A DNA stretch of 64,000 nucleotides from contig CBFIFP010000001.1 of NCBI GenBank assembly GCA_965661945.1, forward strand, positions 515,638-579,637, in the 5' to 3' direction. Shown here one piece after another: positions 20,065 to 30,722 of the stretch (the stretch's first letter is position 1; the number at the start of each line of letters is the position of its first letter). The notes under the pieces are model-generated. The model did not search any database and had not been told where the DNA came from. It worked only from the letters and a program-made list of their open reading frames with translations. This stretch comes from Candidatus Kapaibacteriales bacterium. GTDB lineage: Bacteria > Bacteroidota > Ignavibacteria > Kapaibacteriales > UBA2268. Made by a program: the position numbers and the translations under genes.

Positions 20065-21421
20065 AAAAACTCACTTGTTTTTTAATTCTAAATTTATCTG
20101 GATAAAGATTATTAGCTCTATTTTGTAAATTATTTATAATTCCAATAGTAAAACTCTTATAACACACGAAATAATGTCCAATTTCTTGTAAATTAATCCT
20201 TAACACTTCGCCTTTTAGATACTTAAGAGTCTCCTCATCACTCAATTCATATTTTTTTAATTTCTCAATATTTATTGCGGTGGCTAAGTTATGCTCTGGA
20301 GTATAAACTAATTTATTGGCTGATTTATCTTTTGATATTAATTTAGCAATTTTATTGCCAAAAGTTACAATATTTAACTCTTCATTAACTTTTTCTAAAA
20401 ATTGTTTATAAAACTTAGAAAAAAGGAATATCTCATTATCAAGTTTATAAAATTTCAAATATTCCTTATTTTCTTTTACTAAATCTAAAAAAGGATTTTG
20501 AGTTTCCTTTATAAGTTTATATTTCTTGATATTTGGAGTATCCCTGTATTTCTTCTTTAAAACCGTAACAGTAAACCCTTCGCTTTTAGTATTACCAGGA
20601 ACAAACCTTATAGTACCTTTGTTTTTTATAATGTTATCATATTTACTTAAAGTTATATCAATCAACTCATAATTATGATTTTTTAAAAAATTATCAATAA
20701 CTTCTTCATTTTCTTTTGTATTAAATGTACAAGTTGAATATATTAAAAACCCATTTTCCTTTAAAGAATGACTAATTTCCTCCAAGATTTGACCTTGTCT
20801 AACCTGGCAATTCTCTACATTTTCCACCGACCATTCCGAAATAGAATTTTTATCTTTCCTAAACATTCCTTCTCCTGAACAAGGAGCATCAACAATTATA
20901 ACATCAAATTCGTCAGAAAAATTATTAAAATCAGATGGTTTATTATTAGTTAAAATAAAATTGTCAGCACCCCATCTAATCAAATTCTCATCCAAAATAC
21001 TAGCCCTTTTAGGAATAACTTCATTAGAAACAAGAATTGAATCATCAGATATTAAAGATAAAATGTGTGTAGATTTACCTCCAGGTGCAGCTGCTAAATC
21101 TAATACTTTCAAACTTTTAGACAGCACACCTAACTGTTTAAATATTTCTTCAATAAACATCGAGCCAGCTTCCTGAACATAATAATTGCCGCTGTGCCAA
21201 GCAGGGTCTATGATAAACTCCGGTCTCTCTTGCAAGTAATATCCAAAATCAGACCATAATACTTTGTCTATATTATTACTTATAAAACCATTATTTTTCT
21301 TAATATTGAGTCTTATAGATACGGGGATTTGTTCTTCAAATGAATTTAAGAACCTATTATAATTAAATAGGTTGTTTTCTTTAGTTAAAGTTATAAACTC
21401 AATAGGAAGGGTGTTTTTCAT
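20024..21421 (-). CDS. rRNA/tRNA cytosine-C5 methyltransferase, RsmF/NOL1-NOP2-Sun family (ORF extends to 21493, but true start is probably Met25 at 21421)
   Basis: LDLAAAPGGKSTH and DAPCSGEGMFRKD motifs. The first 24 codons of the ORF are encoded by the sppA terminator hairpin. Confidence 0.7.
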   Translation of the reverse strand: MKNTLPIEFITLTKENNLFNYNRFLNSFEEQIPVSIRLNIKKNNGFISNNIDKVLWSDFGYYLQERPEFIIDPAWHSGNYYVQEAGSMFIEEIFKQLGVLSKSLKVLDLAAAPGGKSTHILSLISDDSILVSNEVIPKRASILDENLIRWGADNFILTNNKPSDFNNFSDEFDVIIVDAPCSGEGMFRKDKNSISEWSVENVENCQVRQGQILEEISHSLKENGFLIYSTCTFNTKENEEVIDNFLKNHNYELIDITLSKYDNIIKNKGTIRFVPGNTKSEGFTVTVLKKKYRDTPNIKKYKLIKETQNPFLDLVKENKEYLKFYKLDNEIFLFSKFYKQFLEKVNEELNIVTFGNKIAKLISKDKSANKLVYTPEHNLATAINIEKLKKYELSDEETLKYLKGEVLRINLQEIGHYFVCYKSFTIGIINNLQNRANNLYPDKFRIKKQVSFYEPIKSVLQSKED

Positions 21422-21460
21422 AAAATCAATATCTAGATAAAAATAAAAAATAAATATTAA

Positions 21461-21484
21461 AAAAAAGGAGGGTATGCCCTCCTT
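21461..21484 (-). terminator. rho-independent terminator downstream of sppA
   Basis: Perfect 8-bp stem AAGGAGGG/CCCTCCTT with a 4-nt loop. Followed on the minus strand by T8. Confidence 0.6.
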
Positions 21485-21506
21485 AATTTTCAATATAAAT
21501 AAACTT

Positions 21507-23507
21507 TTAATCTATAATTGGCAAAGTAGGACTAGCCAATAAAACTTTCTCTTTTTTAGAGATATCCAAAAGACTTAACATGTAGTCAAATTGAATTTTA
21601 ATATTTTTAGGTAAATTATCAGTAAGTATTTTAAATTCAGATTGACTTATTCCAAGCTTACTAATTATATCATAAGTAAGTTTAGATTGAATATCGCCTT
21701 CCATTAAAGATTCAAAGAATTCTTTTAGAGCGTCGCCTTTTTTAGGAAATTCTTTCACATAAACTTTGGTATCCTCATCAACACCAATCTCTTTTTTAGC
21801 AATCTTTATAGTTTCTTCCATACCACCAAGATAGTCAATTAATCCAAGTTTATGAGCTTCTTCTCCCGTATAAACTCTTCCCTTTGCTTTAGAGCGCATT
21901 TCATCATAAGAAAAACCTCTGCTTTCAGCAGCTTTAGAGACAAAACTTTCGTAAATCCCTCCAGCTATTTCTCTTAGTTTAGCAACATCTTTATCAGAAT
22001 AAGGATAAACACCTGTCATAAAATCAGCAGATGGACCTGTTGTTATTGTATCGAATTTTAAACCAATCATCTCAGCAGTTCCGCTTAAATTAGGAACAGA
22101 TAAAATCACACCAATCGAACCAGTTATAGTTTGTGGGTGAGCAATAATTTTATCACAAGCCATAGCCATATAATAACCACCAGAAGCCGCAACACTACTC
22201 ATTGAAGCAATCACCGGCTTAACCTTAGTTGTTAGTCTTATCTCTTCCCACATCTCGTCAGAAGCCATTGCCGATCCACCAGGAGAGTCAATTCTAAGAA
22301 TAATGACTTTTATATCCTCGTCTTCTCTTGCTTGTTTCAAATGATTTATAAAAGTTTTAGCATAAATGCCATCACCAGAACTATTAAATGGACTATTGTC
22401 AGCTTTACCAGAATTTATAGCACCAGAAGCATAAATAATTCCAATTTGATTATCTTTATCAATATTTTCTGGCAAATCAAAACTCGAATTCAAATATCTA
22501 CCAACACTAACCAGTCTTAATTCATCATCACTCATTTTCTTCTTATCTTTATCTGTACTTTTTTCTGCATCTTCTTTATAATCAACTTTAGAATGTATAA
22601 ATCTTCTTAAATCTTGCTCAGACATCAAAACATCTATAAAACCATTAGCCAAGATTGGTTTAGTAGTATAAAACCCCTCATTCAGAGACATCATAATATT
22701 TTCTTTTGAAATACCCCTAAACTCCTCTACCTCAGCTATAAAAGAATTATATCTATCTTGTAATAAAAGTCTTAACTCATGCTTAGCAGAATCAGAGTAA
22801 GAATCTCTCGAAAACTGCTCCCCTGCAGATTTATAATCTTCAAATTGTATTGTTAAAAACTCTACACCTATTTTAGAAAACATAGTTTTAAAAAATGGAT
22901 TAGTAATAGCAAAACCATTCAACTCTAACATACCCTCAGTTGGCATAAAAATAGAATCTGCTGGCAAAGCAGAAAGATAAGTAGACTCATTACCAACTTC
23001 AATAAAAGAGTAAATAAATTTACCAGATTCTTTAAAATCTTTTAAGGCATTATTAATCTCTAAAGCACGATTATAAGGTAAAGAGGAAGATGGTTTAAGG
23101 TAGATACCAGAAATCCTTTCGTCAGTCTTAGCTTTTTCTATCGCAAGTAAAGTATTAAAAAATGAATTAGATTTAGACTTGCCATCAAAAATTTCTGCGA
23201 AAGGGTTTTCCTCAGTCTTTTCCGGCACACCATTTTCTAATTCTAAATATAAAATTGATTTATCTTTTAACTCTAATGAAGCCCCTTGAGAGCTACTAAA
23301 ATTTATTTCTGAAAACTGCGAACCGATGTATGCTACAACTCCCACAATAGTAAGTAAAAACAAACCAATAGAACCTATAACTATCACAATTGGTATCCAC
23401 CACTTAGAACCACCAGATTTAACTTGATAATTAGCCGGATAAGGTGGCATTTGAGGTCTTTTTGGTTGACCTTGGTTTGAATTTTCATCTTTTAAATCGC
23501 TCATCAT
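21507..23507 (-). CDS. sppA: signal peptide peptidase SppA, 67K type (tandem S49 domains)
   Basis: 666 aa. N-terminal TM segment and two S49-like halves. Confidence 0.75.
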   Translation of the reverse strand: MMSDLKDENSNQGQPKRPQMPPYPANYQVKSGGSKWWIPIVIVIGSIGLFLLTIVGVVAYIGSQFSEINFSSSQGASLELKDKSILYLELENGVPEKTEENPFAEIFDGKSKSNSFFNTLLAIEKAKTDERISGIYLKPSSSLPYNRALEINNALKDFKESGKFIYSFIEVGNESTYLSALPADSIFMPTEGMLELNGFAITNPFFKTMFSKIGVEFLTIQFEDYKSAGEQFSRDSYSDSAKHELRLLLQDRYNSFIAEVEEFRGISKENIMMSLNEGFYTTKPILANGFIDVLMSEQDLRRFIHSKVDYKEDAEKSTDKDKKKMSDDELRLVSVGRYLNSSFDLPENIDKDNQIGIIYASGAINSGKADNSPFNSSGDGIYAKTFINHLKQAREDEDIKVIILRIDSPGGSAMASDEMWEEIRLTTKVKPVIASMSSVAASGGYYMAMACDKIIAHPQTITGSIGVILSVPNLSGTAEMIGLKFDTITTGPSADFMTGVYPYSDKDVAKLREIAGGIYESFVSKAAESRGFSYDEMRSKAKGRVYTGEEAHKLGLIDYLGGMEETIKIAKKEIGVDEDTKVYVKEFPKKGDALKEFFESLMEGDIQSKLTYDIISKLGISQSEFKILTDNLPKNIKIQFDYMLSLLDISKKEKVLLASPTLPIID

Positions 23508-23609
23508 AAATCCTTAAAGAATAATAAATAAAATAATTAGTAAATTAGGGTATTTACGATTATATTAACCTTCAAGTTACAAACTTGTTAAATAATAATA
23601 TTATTTCTT

Positions 23610-23617
23610 TAATTTTG
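23610..23617 (+). promoter_or_regulatory. putative Bacteroidetes-type -7 promoter element TAATTTTG
   Basis: Matches TAnnTTTG, 33 nt upstream of the ATG at 23650. Confidence 0.3.
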
Positions 23618-23649
23618 TATATTATTAAAATATTTATTATAAAGGATTT

Positions 23650-25173
23650 ATGGATCAAGATACTCAAAAAATTGAACTCGCATACTTAACTATTTCAAAT
23701 TACGAAGAACTAAAAGAAGCAATGAAAATTGCATATAGCACTTTACCAAATTCCTACTGGGAAGAATTTCAAATCAGAACACTTTTAAGAAAATTTCCTG
23801 AAGGTCAAGTTGTTGTTAAAGTTAACGACGAAATTGCAGGTTGCGCCCTTTCAATAATAATTGACTATGATAAGTTTGAAGACTTTCATACTTATGAACA
23901 AATAACCGGCAATAATACTTTTAATACCCATTCAGAAAATGGAGAAACACTATACGGTATAGACTTATTTATCAAACCAGAGTTTAGAGGTTTAAGATTA
24001 GGGAGAAGACTATATGATTACAGAAAAGAAATTTGCGAAAAATTAAACCTAAAAGCAATTATATTTGGTGGTAGAATTCCTAATTATCATGAATATGAAA
24101 AAGAACTAACACCAAAACAATATCTTGATAAAGTAAAAAGTAAACTAATCTACGACCCAGTATTAAGTTTTCAATTATCAAATGACTTCAGACCCGTAAG
24201 AGTAATTAAAAATTACTTAAAAGGCGACGATGTATCCAAAGAATATGCTATTCTATTAAAATGGGATAACATATATTATGAAAAACCATCAAAACGAATA
24301 AAAGATATAAAAAGAATAGTAAGATTAGGATTAGTCCAATGGCAAATGAGAAACTACAAAGATATTGACGATTTAATGCAACAAGCAGAATACTTTATCG
24401 ATACATTAAGTACTTACAAAAGTGACTTCGCACTATTTCCTGAGTTTTTCAATGCCCCACTAATGGCAAAATATAATAGTCTCACTGAAGCAGAAGCAAT
24501 TAGAAAACTTTCTGATTACACATCACCTTTAGTTCAAGAGTTTTCAAAACTTGCTATCTCTTATAATATAAATATTATCACAGGAAGTATGCCAGAGAAA
24601 GTAAATGATGAACTCTATAATGTAGGTTATTTATGTCAGCGTAACGGAGATATAAACCGCTACGAGAAAATCCACGTAACTCCTGACGAAAGCAAAGTAT
24701 GGGGAATGAAAGGTGGAAATCAAATACAAAGCTTTAATACAGATTGTGGTAAAATCGGAATCTTAATTTGTTATGACGTAGAGTTCCCAGAATTAGGAAG
24801 GTTACTTGCTGATGAAGGCATTGACATTCTTTTTGTTCCTTTCTTAACAGATACCCAAAATGGTTATTCAAGAGTAAGACATTGCGCTCAAGCAAGAGCA
24901 ATCGAAAATGAATGTTATGTTGCAATTGCAGGCAGTGTTGGAAACCTACCTAACGTGCATAATATGGATATTCAGTATGCTCAATCAATGGTTTTCACTC
25001 CTTGTGATTTCCAATTCCCAAATAATGGAGTAAACTCTGAAGCAACTCCTAATACTGAGATGATACTAATTTCTGATGTAGATTTAGATTTATTATTAGA
25101 CTTGCATAATTTTGGTAGTGTAAAAAATCTGAAAGATAGAAGAAATGATTTATACACTTTGAGAAGGAAATAA
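23650..25173 (+). CDS. bifunctional GNAT N-acetyltransferase / carbon-nitrogen hydrolase (nitrilase superfamily) fusion protein
   Basis: 507 aa. N-terminal GNAT-like region (..GIDLFIKPEFRGLRLGRRLY..). C-terminal CN-hydrolase region (..GKIGILICYDVEFPE..). Confidence 0.7.
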   Translation: MDQDTQKIELAYLTISNYEELKEAMKIAYSTLPNSYWEEFQIRTLLRKFPEGQVVVKVNDEIAGCALSIIIDYDKFEDFHTYEQITGNNTFNTHSENGETLYGIDLFIKPEFRGLRLGRRLYDYRKEICEKLNLKAIIFGGRIPNYHEYEKELTPKQYLDKVKSKLIYDPVLSFQLSNDFRPVRVIKNYLKGDDVSKEYAILLKWDNIYYEKPSKRIKDIKRIVRLGLVQWQMRNYKDIDDLMQQAEYFIDTLSTYKSDFALFPEFFNAPLMAKYNSLTEAEAIRKLSDYTSPLVQEFSKLAISYNINIITGSMPEKVNDELYNVGYLCQRNGDINRYEKIHVTPDESKVWGMKGGNQIQSFNTDCGKIGILICYDVEFPELGRLLADEGIDILFVPFLTDTQNGYSRVRHCAQARAIENECYVAIAGSVGNLPNVHNMDIQYAQSMVFTPCDFQFPNNGVNSEATPNTEMILISDVDLDLLLDLHNFGSVKNLKDRRNDLYTLRRK

Positions 25174-25489
25174 TCCCAAATTGTCCAATAGAAATTGAAA
25201 AAGCACGTCATTCTGAGCGCAGCGAAGAATCTCGTTAGTTTTTGCAAGGTTCTAAATATTAGGAATATAGATAGTTATAAGATATTTCTGCATTTATACA
25301 TTTTTTTTAATGTTTATACTTTTTTTGACAGCCCCGAATAAAGAATTTTATCTATAAATAAATATAGATTTAAAACAATATTATTAAAATAAACTAAATT
25401 CTTTTGGACAATATGGAATTATCCCTGTTTTAATTAACAAGAATATTCAACATTTTTGATTTCAAAAAAATAAAATCAAAAATATTTCT

Positions 25490-25497
25490 TAAATTTG
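25490..25497 (+). promoter_or_regulatory. putative -7 promoter element TAAATTTG
   Basis: Matches TAnnTTTG, 26 nt upstream of the ATG at 25523. Confidence 0.3.
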
Positions 25498-25522
25498 TAA
25501 TATAATTTTTAGAAGAATTAAA

Positions 25523-26452
25523 ATGGAAATATCACCACTATTTGCAGTTGACGCTGAAGAGTTGCTTGAACAGGGAAAAGTTCAGGAAGCAATTGATTTA
25601 TGTCTTAACGGGTTAGAAGTTTACCCAGGTTATCCTGCTGGTGAAGCAACTCTGGCTAAATGTTATAAATTATCGGGAAATTCAGAAAAGGCAAATGAAA
25701 TATTAAATATTGCAATTCAGAAAAACCCTTTTAATAAAGCACTCGACACTCTCAAAAAATACGACCTTGACCTAAGCAATATTGAAAAAATTCAAACTAA
25801 AAGAAGCAAAACTCAAGTAAAAAATAAAAGATTTCCAGACTCTACAACTGATAATCTTGATAATATTGAAAATGTTAATAGTGTTGAAGAATTTCAAAAC
25901 AAATCATTCAATTCTAATATTAACTCAATCGAAGAAACTACTAATGTAGTTGCTGAGGAATTAGATATCAACAATTTTAGTGAAAACGACAGCACTACTG
26001 ATGAAATTTATATAGATTATCAAGAAATAGATTTAATTCCTGGAATAAACCAATTACCAATAATTCCAATAAATCAATCCTACAAACCTGAATTTATAGT
26101 TTTATCGCTTAGCAATTTTCCAATAATTTTCAACAATAATCATAATATTTCTTTATTAGAATATAACGTAGATGAATATATGAAACTTGCTGATAATCTT
26201 AAAGTTGCAAAAATTAAAATAACTGATAAAGAATTCCCTGAACCAATCAATCCAGAAATAAAAATAGAAGATTTTGCCACAGAAACCATGGCTGAAATAT
26301 TTTTTGATCAAGGAAAACACAATGAAGCAATAAAAGCATACACCCAATTAACAAAAAAATATCCAGATAAAAAAGAAGATTACGCTAAGAAAATAGACTT
26401 AATCGAACAAGAAAAGCTAAAAGAATTAGAAATCAAAAATAAATTCAAATAA
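25523..26452 (+). CDS. tetratricopeptide-repeat protein with acidic low-complexity linker
   Basis: 309 aa. TPR-like helices at both ends. Central Asn/Glu/Asp-rich segment. Confidence 0.5.
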   Translation: MEISPLFAVDAEELLEQGKVQEAIDLCLNGLEVYPGYPAGEATLAKCYKLSGNSEKANEILNIAIQKNPFNKALDTLKKYDLDLSNIEKIQTKRSKTQVKNKRFPDSTTDNLDNIENVNSVEEFQNKSFNSNINSIEETTNVVAEELDINNFSENDSTTDEIYIDYQEIDLIPGINQLPIIPINQSYKPEFIVLSLSNFPIIFNNNHNISLLEYNVDEYMKLADNLKVAKIKITDKEFPEPINPEIKIEDFATETMAEIFFDQGKHNEAIKAYTQLTKKYPDKKEDYAKKIDLIEQEKLKELEIKNKFK

Positions 26453-26468
26453 CAAAAAAGGAACAAAA

Positions 26469-27866
26469 ATGATAAAATTTGGAACAGATGGCTGGAGAGC
26501 AAAGATTGCCAAAGACTTTACATTCGAAAATTTACACTTTGCTGCTTTAGGAACCGCAAATTATTTATTAAAAAAAGGAAAAGATAACTTAAAAGTTGTA
26601 ATAGGATACGATACCAGATTTCTTTCAGATAAATTTGCTGAAGAAGTTGCAAAAGTGCTTGCCCAATCAAATATAAAAGTTGTTTTATCCGATGGAATTT
26701 CTACAACTCCCCAAATATCATATTTAACTAAAGTCTTAAATGCGGACTTAGGTGTAGTTATCACGGCATCACATAATCCACCAGAATACTCTGGATACAA
26801 GGTAAAAGGTAGATTTGGAGGACCCTCAGACCCAGAAGAAGTATTTGAAATTGAAAAAGAAGTTAATAAAGCTGAACTTGCAAAAAAACAAATTAAACTA
26901 AACGAACTTAATCAATATATTAACAACAACTTAATCTCACTTCTTGACTTCAAAAAAGATTACTACCAATACATAAAAAAACAAATTGATATAGAATCCA
27001 TTAAAAAAGCAAATTTTAAAATATTATATGACCCAATGTTTGGAGCAGGAATTTTAAATATAAACCACTTATTAGATAATGTCCAAACAATCCACGATTA
27101 TCATAATCCATCATTTGGAAACGTTGACCACCCCGAACCAATTGCCGAATGTCTTGGAGAATTAATAGATTTAACAAAAAAAGGTAATTATGATTTTGTA
27201 TTTGCTACTGACGGAGATGCTGACAGAATAGGAACAATTGACGGAGAAGGTAACTTTGTTGATTCTCATAGAATTTATATGATATTATTAAAATATCTAT
27301 ATGAATTTAAAGGTATTAGAGGTAAAGTTGCAAAAACTGTTTCTCTTACAACAATGGTCAATAAATATTGTGAAAAACATAACATCCCATTAATTGAAAC
27401 TCCTGTTGGATTTAAATATATAGCCAAACTAATGGTCGAAGAAGATATTCTTATAGGTGGTGAAGAAAGCGGTGGGCTATCAACCAAATTACACATCCCA
27501 GAAAGAGATGGTATCTTCAATGCTATTTTAATTATGGAAGTTATGGTAAAAAGAAACATGTCTTTAAAACAACTTTCTGATGAATTAGACCAAGAATTTG
27601 GAACACACAGATATAAAAGAAAAGATATTAAAGTTAAAGAAGAAGAAAAAGAAAGAATCCTAAATAAATGCAAATCAGGTGTTGATAAACTTTCAAAATA
27701 TCAAGTAATAAAAATTGACAGTACAGATGGTTACAAATTCTTCGTCGATGGTGGTTGGCTACTTATAAGAGCATCTGGTACTGAGCCACTATTAAGAATT
27801 TATAGCGAAGCAACAAATTACCAAATGGTAGATGAGCTAATTAATGCAGGGATAAACCTCGCCTAA
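26469..27866 (+). CDS. phosphoglucomutase/phosphomannomutase (alpha-D-phosphohexomutase)
   Basis: 465 aa. GTDGWR start and active-site TASHNP motif. Confidence 0.85.
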   Translation: MIKFGTDGWRAKIAKDFTFENLHFAALGTANYLLKKGKDNLKVVIGYDTRFLSDKFAEEVAKVLAQSNIKVVLSDGISTTPQISYLTKVLNADLGVVITASHNPPEYSGYKVKGRFGGPSDPEEVFEIEKEVNKAELAKKQIKLNELNQYINNNLISLLDFKKDYYQYIKKQIDIESIKKANFKILYDPMFGAGILNINHLLDNVQTIHDYHNPSFGNVDHPEPIAECLGELIDLTKKGNYDFVFATDGDADRIGTIDGEGNFVDSHRIYMILLKYLYEFKGIRGKVAKTVSLTTMVNKYCEKHNIPLIETPVGFKYIAKLMVEEDILIGGEESGGLSTKLHIPERDGIFNAILIMEVMVKRNMSLKQLSDELDQEFGTHRYKRKDIKVKEEEKERILNKCKSGVDKLSKYQVIKIDSTDGYKFFVDGGWLLIRASGTEPLLRIYSEATNYQMVDELINAGINLA

Positions 27867-27980
27867 CTAATTTACTTAATAAATTTAAAGTCATAGAGAT
27901 AATCTATGGCTTTTTATTTTATATCATTTTTAATTTAAATTCGTAATACAAAAAACATGTATCATTAAATAAAATCAAAA

Positions 27981-30722
27981 ATGAAAACACTTTCTACAAT
28001 CTTATTAATATTAATTTCATATAACTTAACACAATCTCAACAAGTCGGATTTCATCCCTACAACTTAGACTTTGAAATAGGTGAATCAAACAGAATGCCT
28101 TACAGTTGGGAATTAACCAAAAATAGCGCTGACAATGATTATATTGCTTACGCAACCAATAAAATAACTCACTCAGGAAACCGAGCCCTACTACTTTTTA
28201 ATCAAACAGAATACAAACAGGGAATGTACGGAACTGTTTACCAAAGATTCGATGCTAATAGATATAGAGGTAAAAAAGTTAAATTTAGTGCCAATATTAA
28301 AACAGATTTAGCAAACGATTCCTCTGAAGTACGATTATTTATAAACGAATATAATAGAAACAGAAAATCAAATCAAGTTGAAATGATGGGTGAAAACCCC
28401 ATAACTAAAGCTGACTATGAAAACTATGAAATTGAAATTACCATTTCAAAAGATGCATTTTTCATCTCAATCGGATTTACACTATTAGGAATAGGTAATT
28501 TATACGTAGATAACGTTAAATTTGAAGTGATTGATGATATAAATTATGAAATTGTAGATAAATATGAATTAAATGATAAACAAATTGATAATATATTAAA
28601 TTTTGGAAAAATATATTCTTATGCTAAATACTATCAATCCACTTCACAAATTCAAAATCTAAACCATTACAACTTTTTAAGATATGGTATCTCCCAAAAC
28701 ATTGAAACAGAAAATCAAGTAAGTACTCTAAAAAATTTATTTAATAGTATTACGCCAAACCTGCAAATAAATAACAACAATGAATTCCAAGCAATTGAGT
28801 TAAACCAAGAACAAATCAAAGATTTCTCAATTTTATATAAACACCGTGTTCTTTTTAACGATTGCTACCCAACAATATCACAATCAGAAATCAAAAACAT
28901 ATACGCTCCAGATAAATCAAAACAAGGTTTTATGATGAGAAACATAAAGCATCTTGGATTGCAAAACAAAGAATTAGTATTTAGTGCAAGAGCAAAAGCA
29001 GATTTAATAAACTTATACTCCGATGCACAACTTTGGTTAAGAGTCTTTAGAGGAAACGAACCAGAGATAAATGTTTACATGCAAGAAAACCCCATTACCT
29101 CAAATCAATGGAAAGAATACAACATAAGTCAAGTAATTCCAGATGATGCCACAGAAATTAAAGTTGGATGCGTTCTAAATGGTGATGGAACAGTTTGGTT
29201 TGATGACATAAAGTTTTCAGTAAGAGAAAATGGTAAACTAATCGAATTAGAAAATGGATTAGAGAACTTTGACAATTATAAAATTGGAGAAATTCCAAAA
29301 GATTGGTCAATACCATATTCAGTAAGTCAGTTAGGTTATGAATTTTATGTCGATGATACTTACTCATCTTCCAAAAATAATTCAATGAAAATTACAACTG
29401 AAAATACACACATCATTAACTATCCAAATGATAACGAATTAGTTACAATTAAAATCAATGATAGTTTATTCATAAATTATCCTATAACCCATCATATAAA
29501 TCAAACCGGAACCTTACCAAACGTTGATCCAGAACAATTAAATAACTTTCTTACATTTATTGAATCCCACAACATACGAGAAAATGACTTTTATTCACAA
29601 ATAGCAACAATCACTGAAATTTATGTAAACTTAAAACACTTTTACATTTATGAAGACTTAGACCCAAATTTAGACATTCAATTCAAAAACACATTAAAAA
29701 AGTTTTCCAAAAACGAACTTTCTTTCAATCAATCTATGCGTTATTTAACATCATTCCTAAAAGATAGTCAAATAAACTTTTGGAAAATAAATGATGAAAA
29801 TAGTTTTTCTTTCCCTTTTTCAGTAAATAAAATTGGTGAAGATTACATTGTAACAGAATTATATGAAAAAGAAAGTGAAATAAAAATTGGCGATAAGCTA
29901 TTAAAAATCAATAATGTTGATTTTGATGAATTAGTTAAAAATGAATTAAAACTCAGACCCGGAATAAACGAAAATTATAAAACTATTAAAGCAATTTCTA
30001 GCTATATGTTAGATGCTTCTAAGGATTCAACAAAAATTTACAACTTAGAATTTGAAAGCGGAAAAAAACAATTAAAGAAAAACAAAATACCGAGCGATTA
30101 TCTTAACACAGAAAACTTTGACCTCGCAAAACCAGAAGAAAATATTTTATATGTAAATATGGCAATGGTAGAAGATAAATTCTTTAAATATCTTGTAGAT
30201 GAAATTGCTGATATCGAAGGAATAATTTTTGACGCCAGAGGTAACACATTATTATCTGAGCACTTCCTAGGATATTTCTTAGATAACGAAGTACCAACAA
30301 ATCAATCAAGAATCCCCTACTATGTTCATCCTGACAAAAACAAAATCAGTTATGAAGTAATACAGCCAAACCTTCAAAAACTTTCCAAAAACATAACTAA
30401 AAACATTGTATTCTTAATCGACGAAAATACAATAGGATACACAGAGTTTGTAATGTATTTAGTTAAATATTATAATTTAGGAACACTAATAGGACGAAAC
30501 ACCGTTGGAATGGCACACGATGTTGTTTCTATACCTTTACCGCTCGATTACAACTTTTCTATGAGTGTTTTTGATATTTATAGTCCAAATAAAAAATCTT
30601 CTCTGTCTTTTAAAGTTATAGAGCCAGATATCTATGTTGAACAAAACTCTGACCTCGAAAGAGATCACATTCTTGAAAAAAGTATAGAATTTTTAAAAAA
30701 TAAATCAAAAGACAACAAATGA
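27981..30722 (+). CDS. secreted multidomain protein: two CBM4/9-like beta-sandwich regions plus C-terminal S41 (tail-specific protease)-like domain
   Basis: 913 aa. Signal peptide. ..GNLYVDNVKFEV and ..GTVWFDDIKFSV CBM-like ends. IIFDARGNT and LIDENTIGYTEF resemble S41 motifs, but no serine sits at the expected SASASE position. Confidence 0.5.
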   Translation: MKTLSTILLILISYNLTQSQQVGFHPYNLDFEIGESNRMPYSWELTKNSADNDYIAYATNKITHSGNRALLLFNQTEYKQGMYGTVYQRFDANRYRGKKVKFSANIKTDLANDSSEVRLFINEYNRNRKSNQVEMMGENPITKADYENYEIEITISKDAFFISIGFTLLGIGNLYVDNVKFEVIDDINYEIVDKYELNDKQIDNILNFGKIYSYAKYYQSTSQIQNLNHYNFLRYGISQNIETENQVSTLKNLFNSITPNLQINNNNEFQAIELNQEQIKDFSILYKHRVLFNDCYPTISQSEIKNIYAPDKSKQGFMMRNIKHLGLQNKELVFSARAKADLINLYSDAQLWLRVFRGNEPEINVYMQENPITSNQWKEYNISQVIPDDATEIKVGCVLNGDGTVWFDDIKFSVRENGKLIELENGLENFDNYKIGEIPKDWSIPYSVSQLGYEFYVDDTYSSSKNNSMKITTENTHIINYPNDNELVTIKINDSLFINYPITHHINQTGTLPNVDPEQLNNFLTFIESHNIRENDFYSQIATITEIYVNLKHFYIYEDLDPNLDIQFKNTLKKFSKNELSFNQSMRYLTSFLKDSQINFWKINDENSFSFPFSVNKIGEDYIVTELYEKESEIKIGDKLLKINNVDFDELVKNELKLRPGINENYKTIKAISSYMLDASKDSTKIYNLEFESGKKQLKKNKIPSDYLNTENFDLAKPEENILYVNMAMVEDKFFKYLVDEIADIEGIIFDARGNTLLSEHFLGYFLDNEVPTNQSRIPYYVHPDKNKISYEVIQPNLQKLSKNITKNIVFLIDENTIGYTEFVMYLVKYYNLGTLIGRNTVGMAHDVVSIPLPLDYNFSMSVFDIYSPNKKSSLSFKVIEPDIYVEQNSDLERDHILEKSIEFLKNKSKDNK

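Noticed and set aside
21422-21493. N-terminal extension of the RsmF-like ORF (MKIKEGIPSFFLIFIFYFYLDIDF)
   Set aside because: Encoded by the sppA terminator hairpin. The internal Met at 21421 is the more plausible start.
25205-25230. GC-rich element after the GNAT/CN-hydrolase gene as a rho-independent terminator
   Set aside because: The sequence is not self-complementary and no T-run follows. It is more likely a repeat or protein-binding motif.
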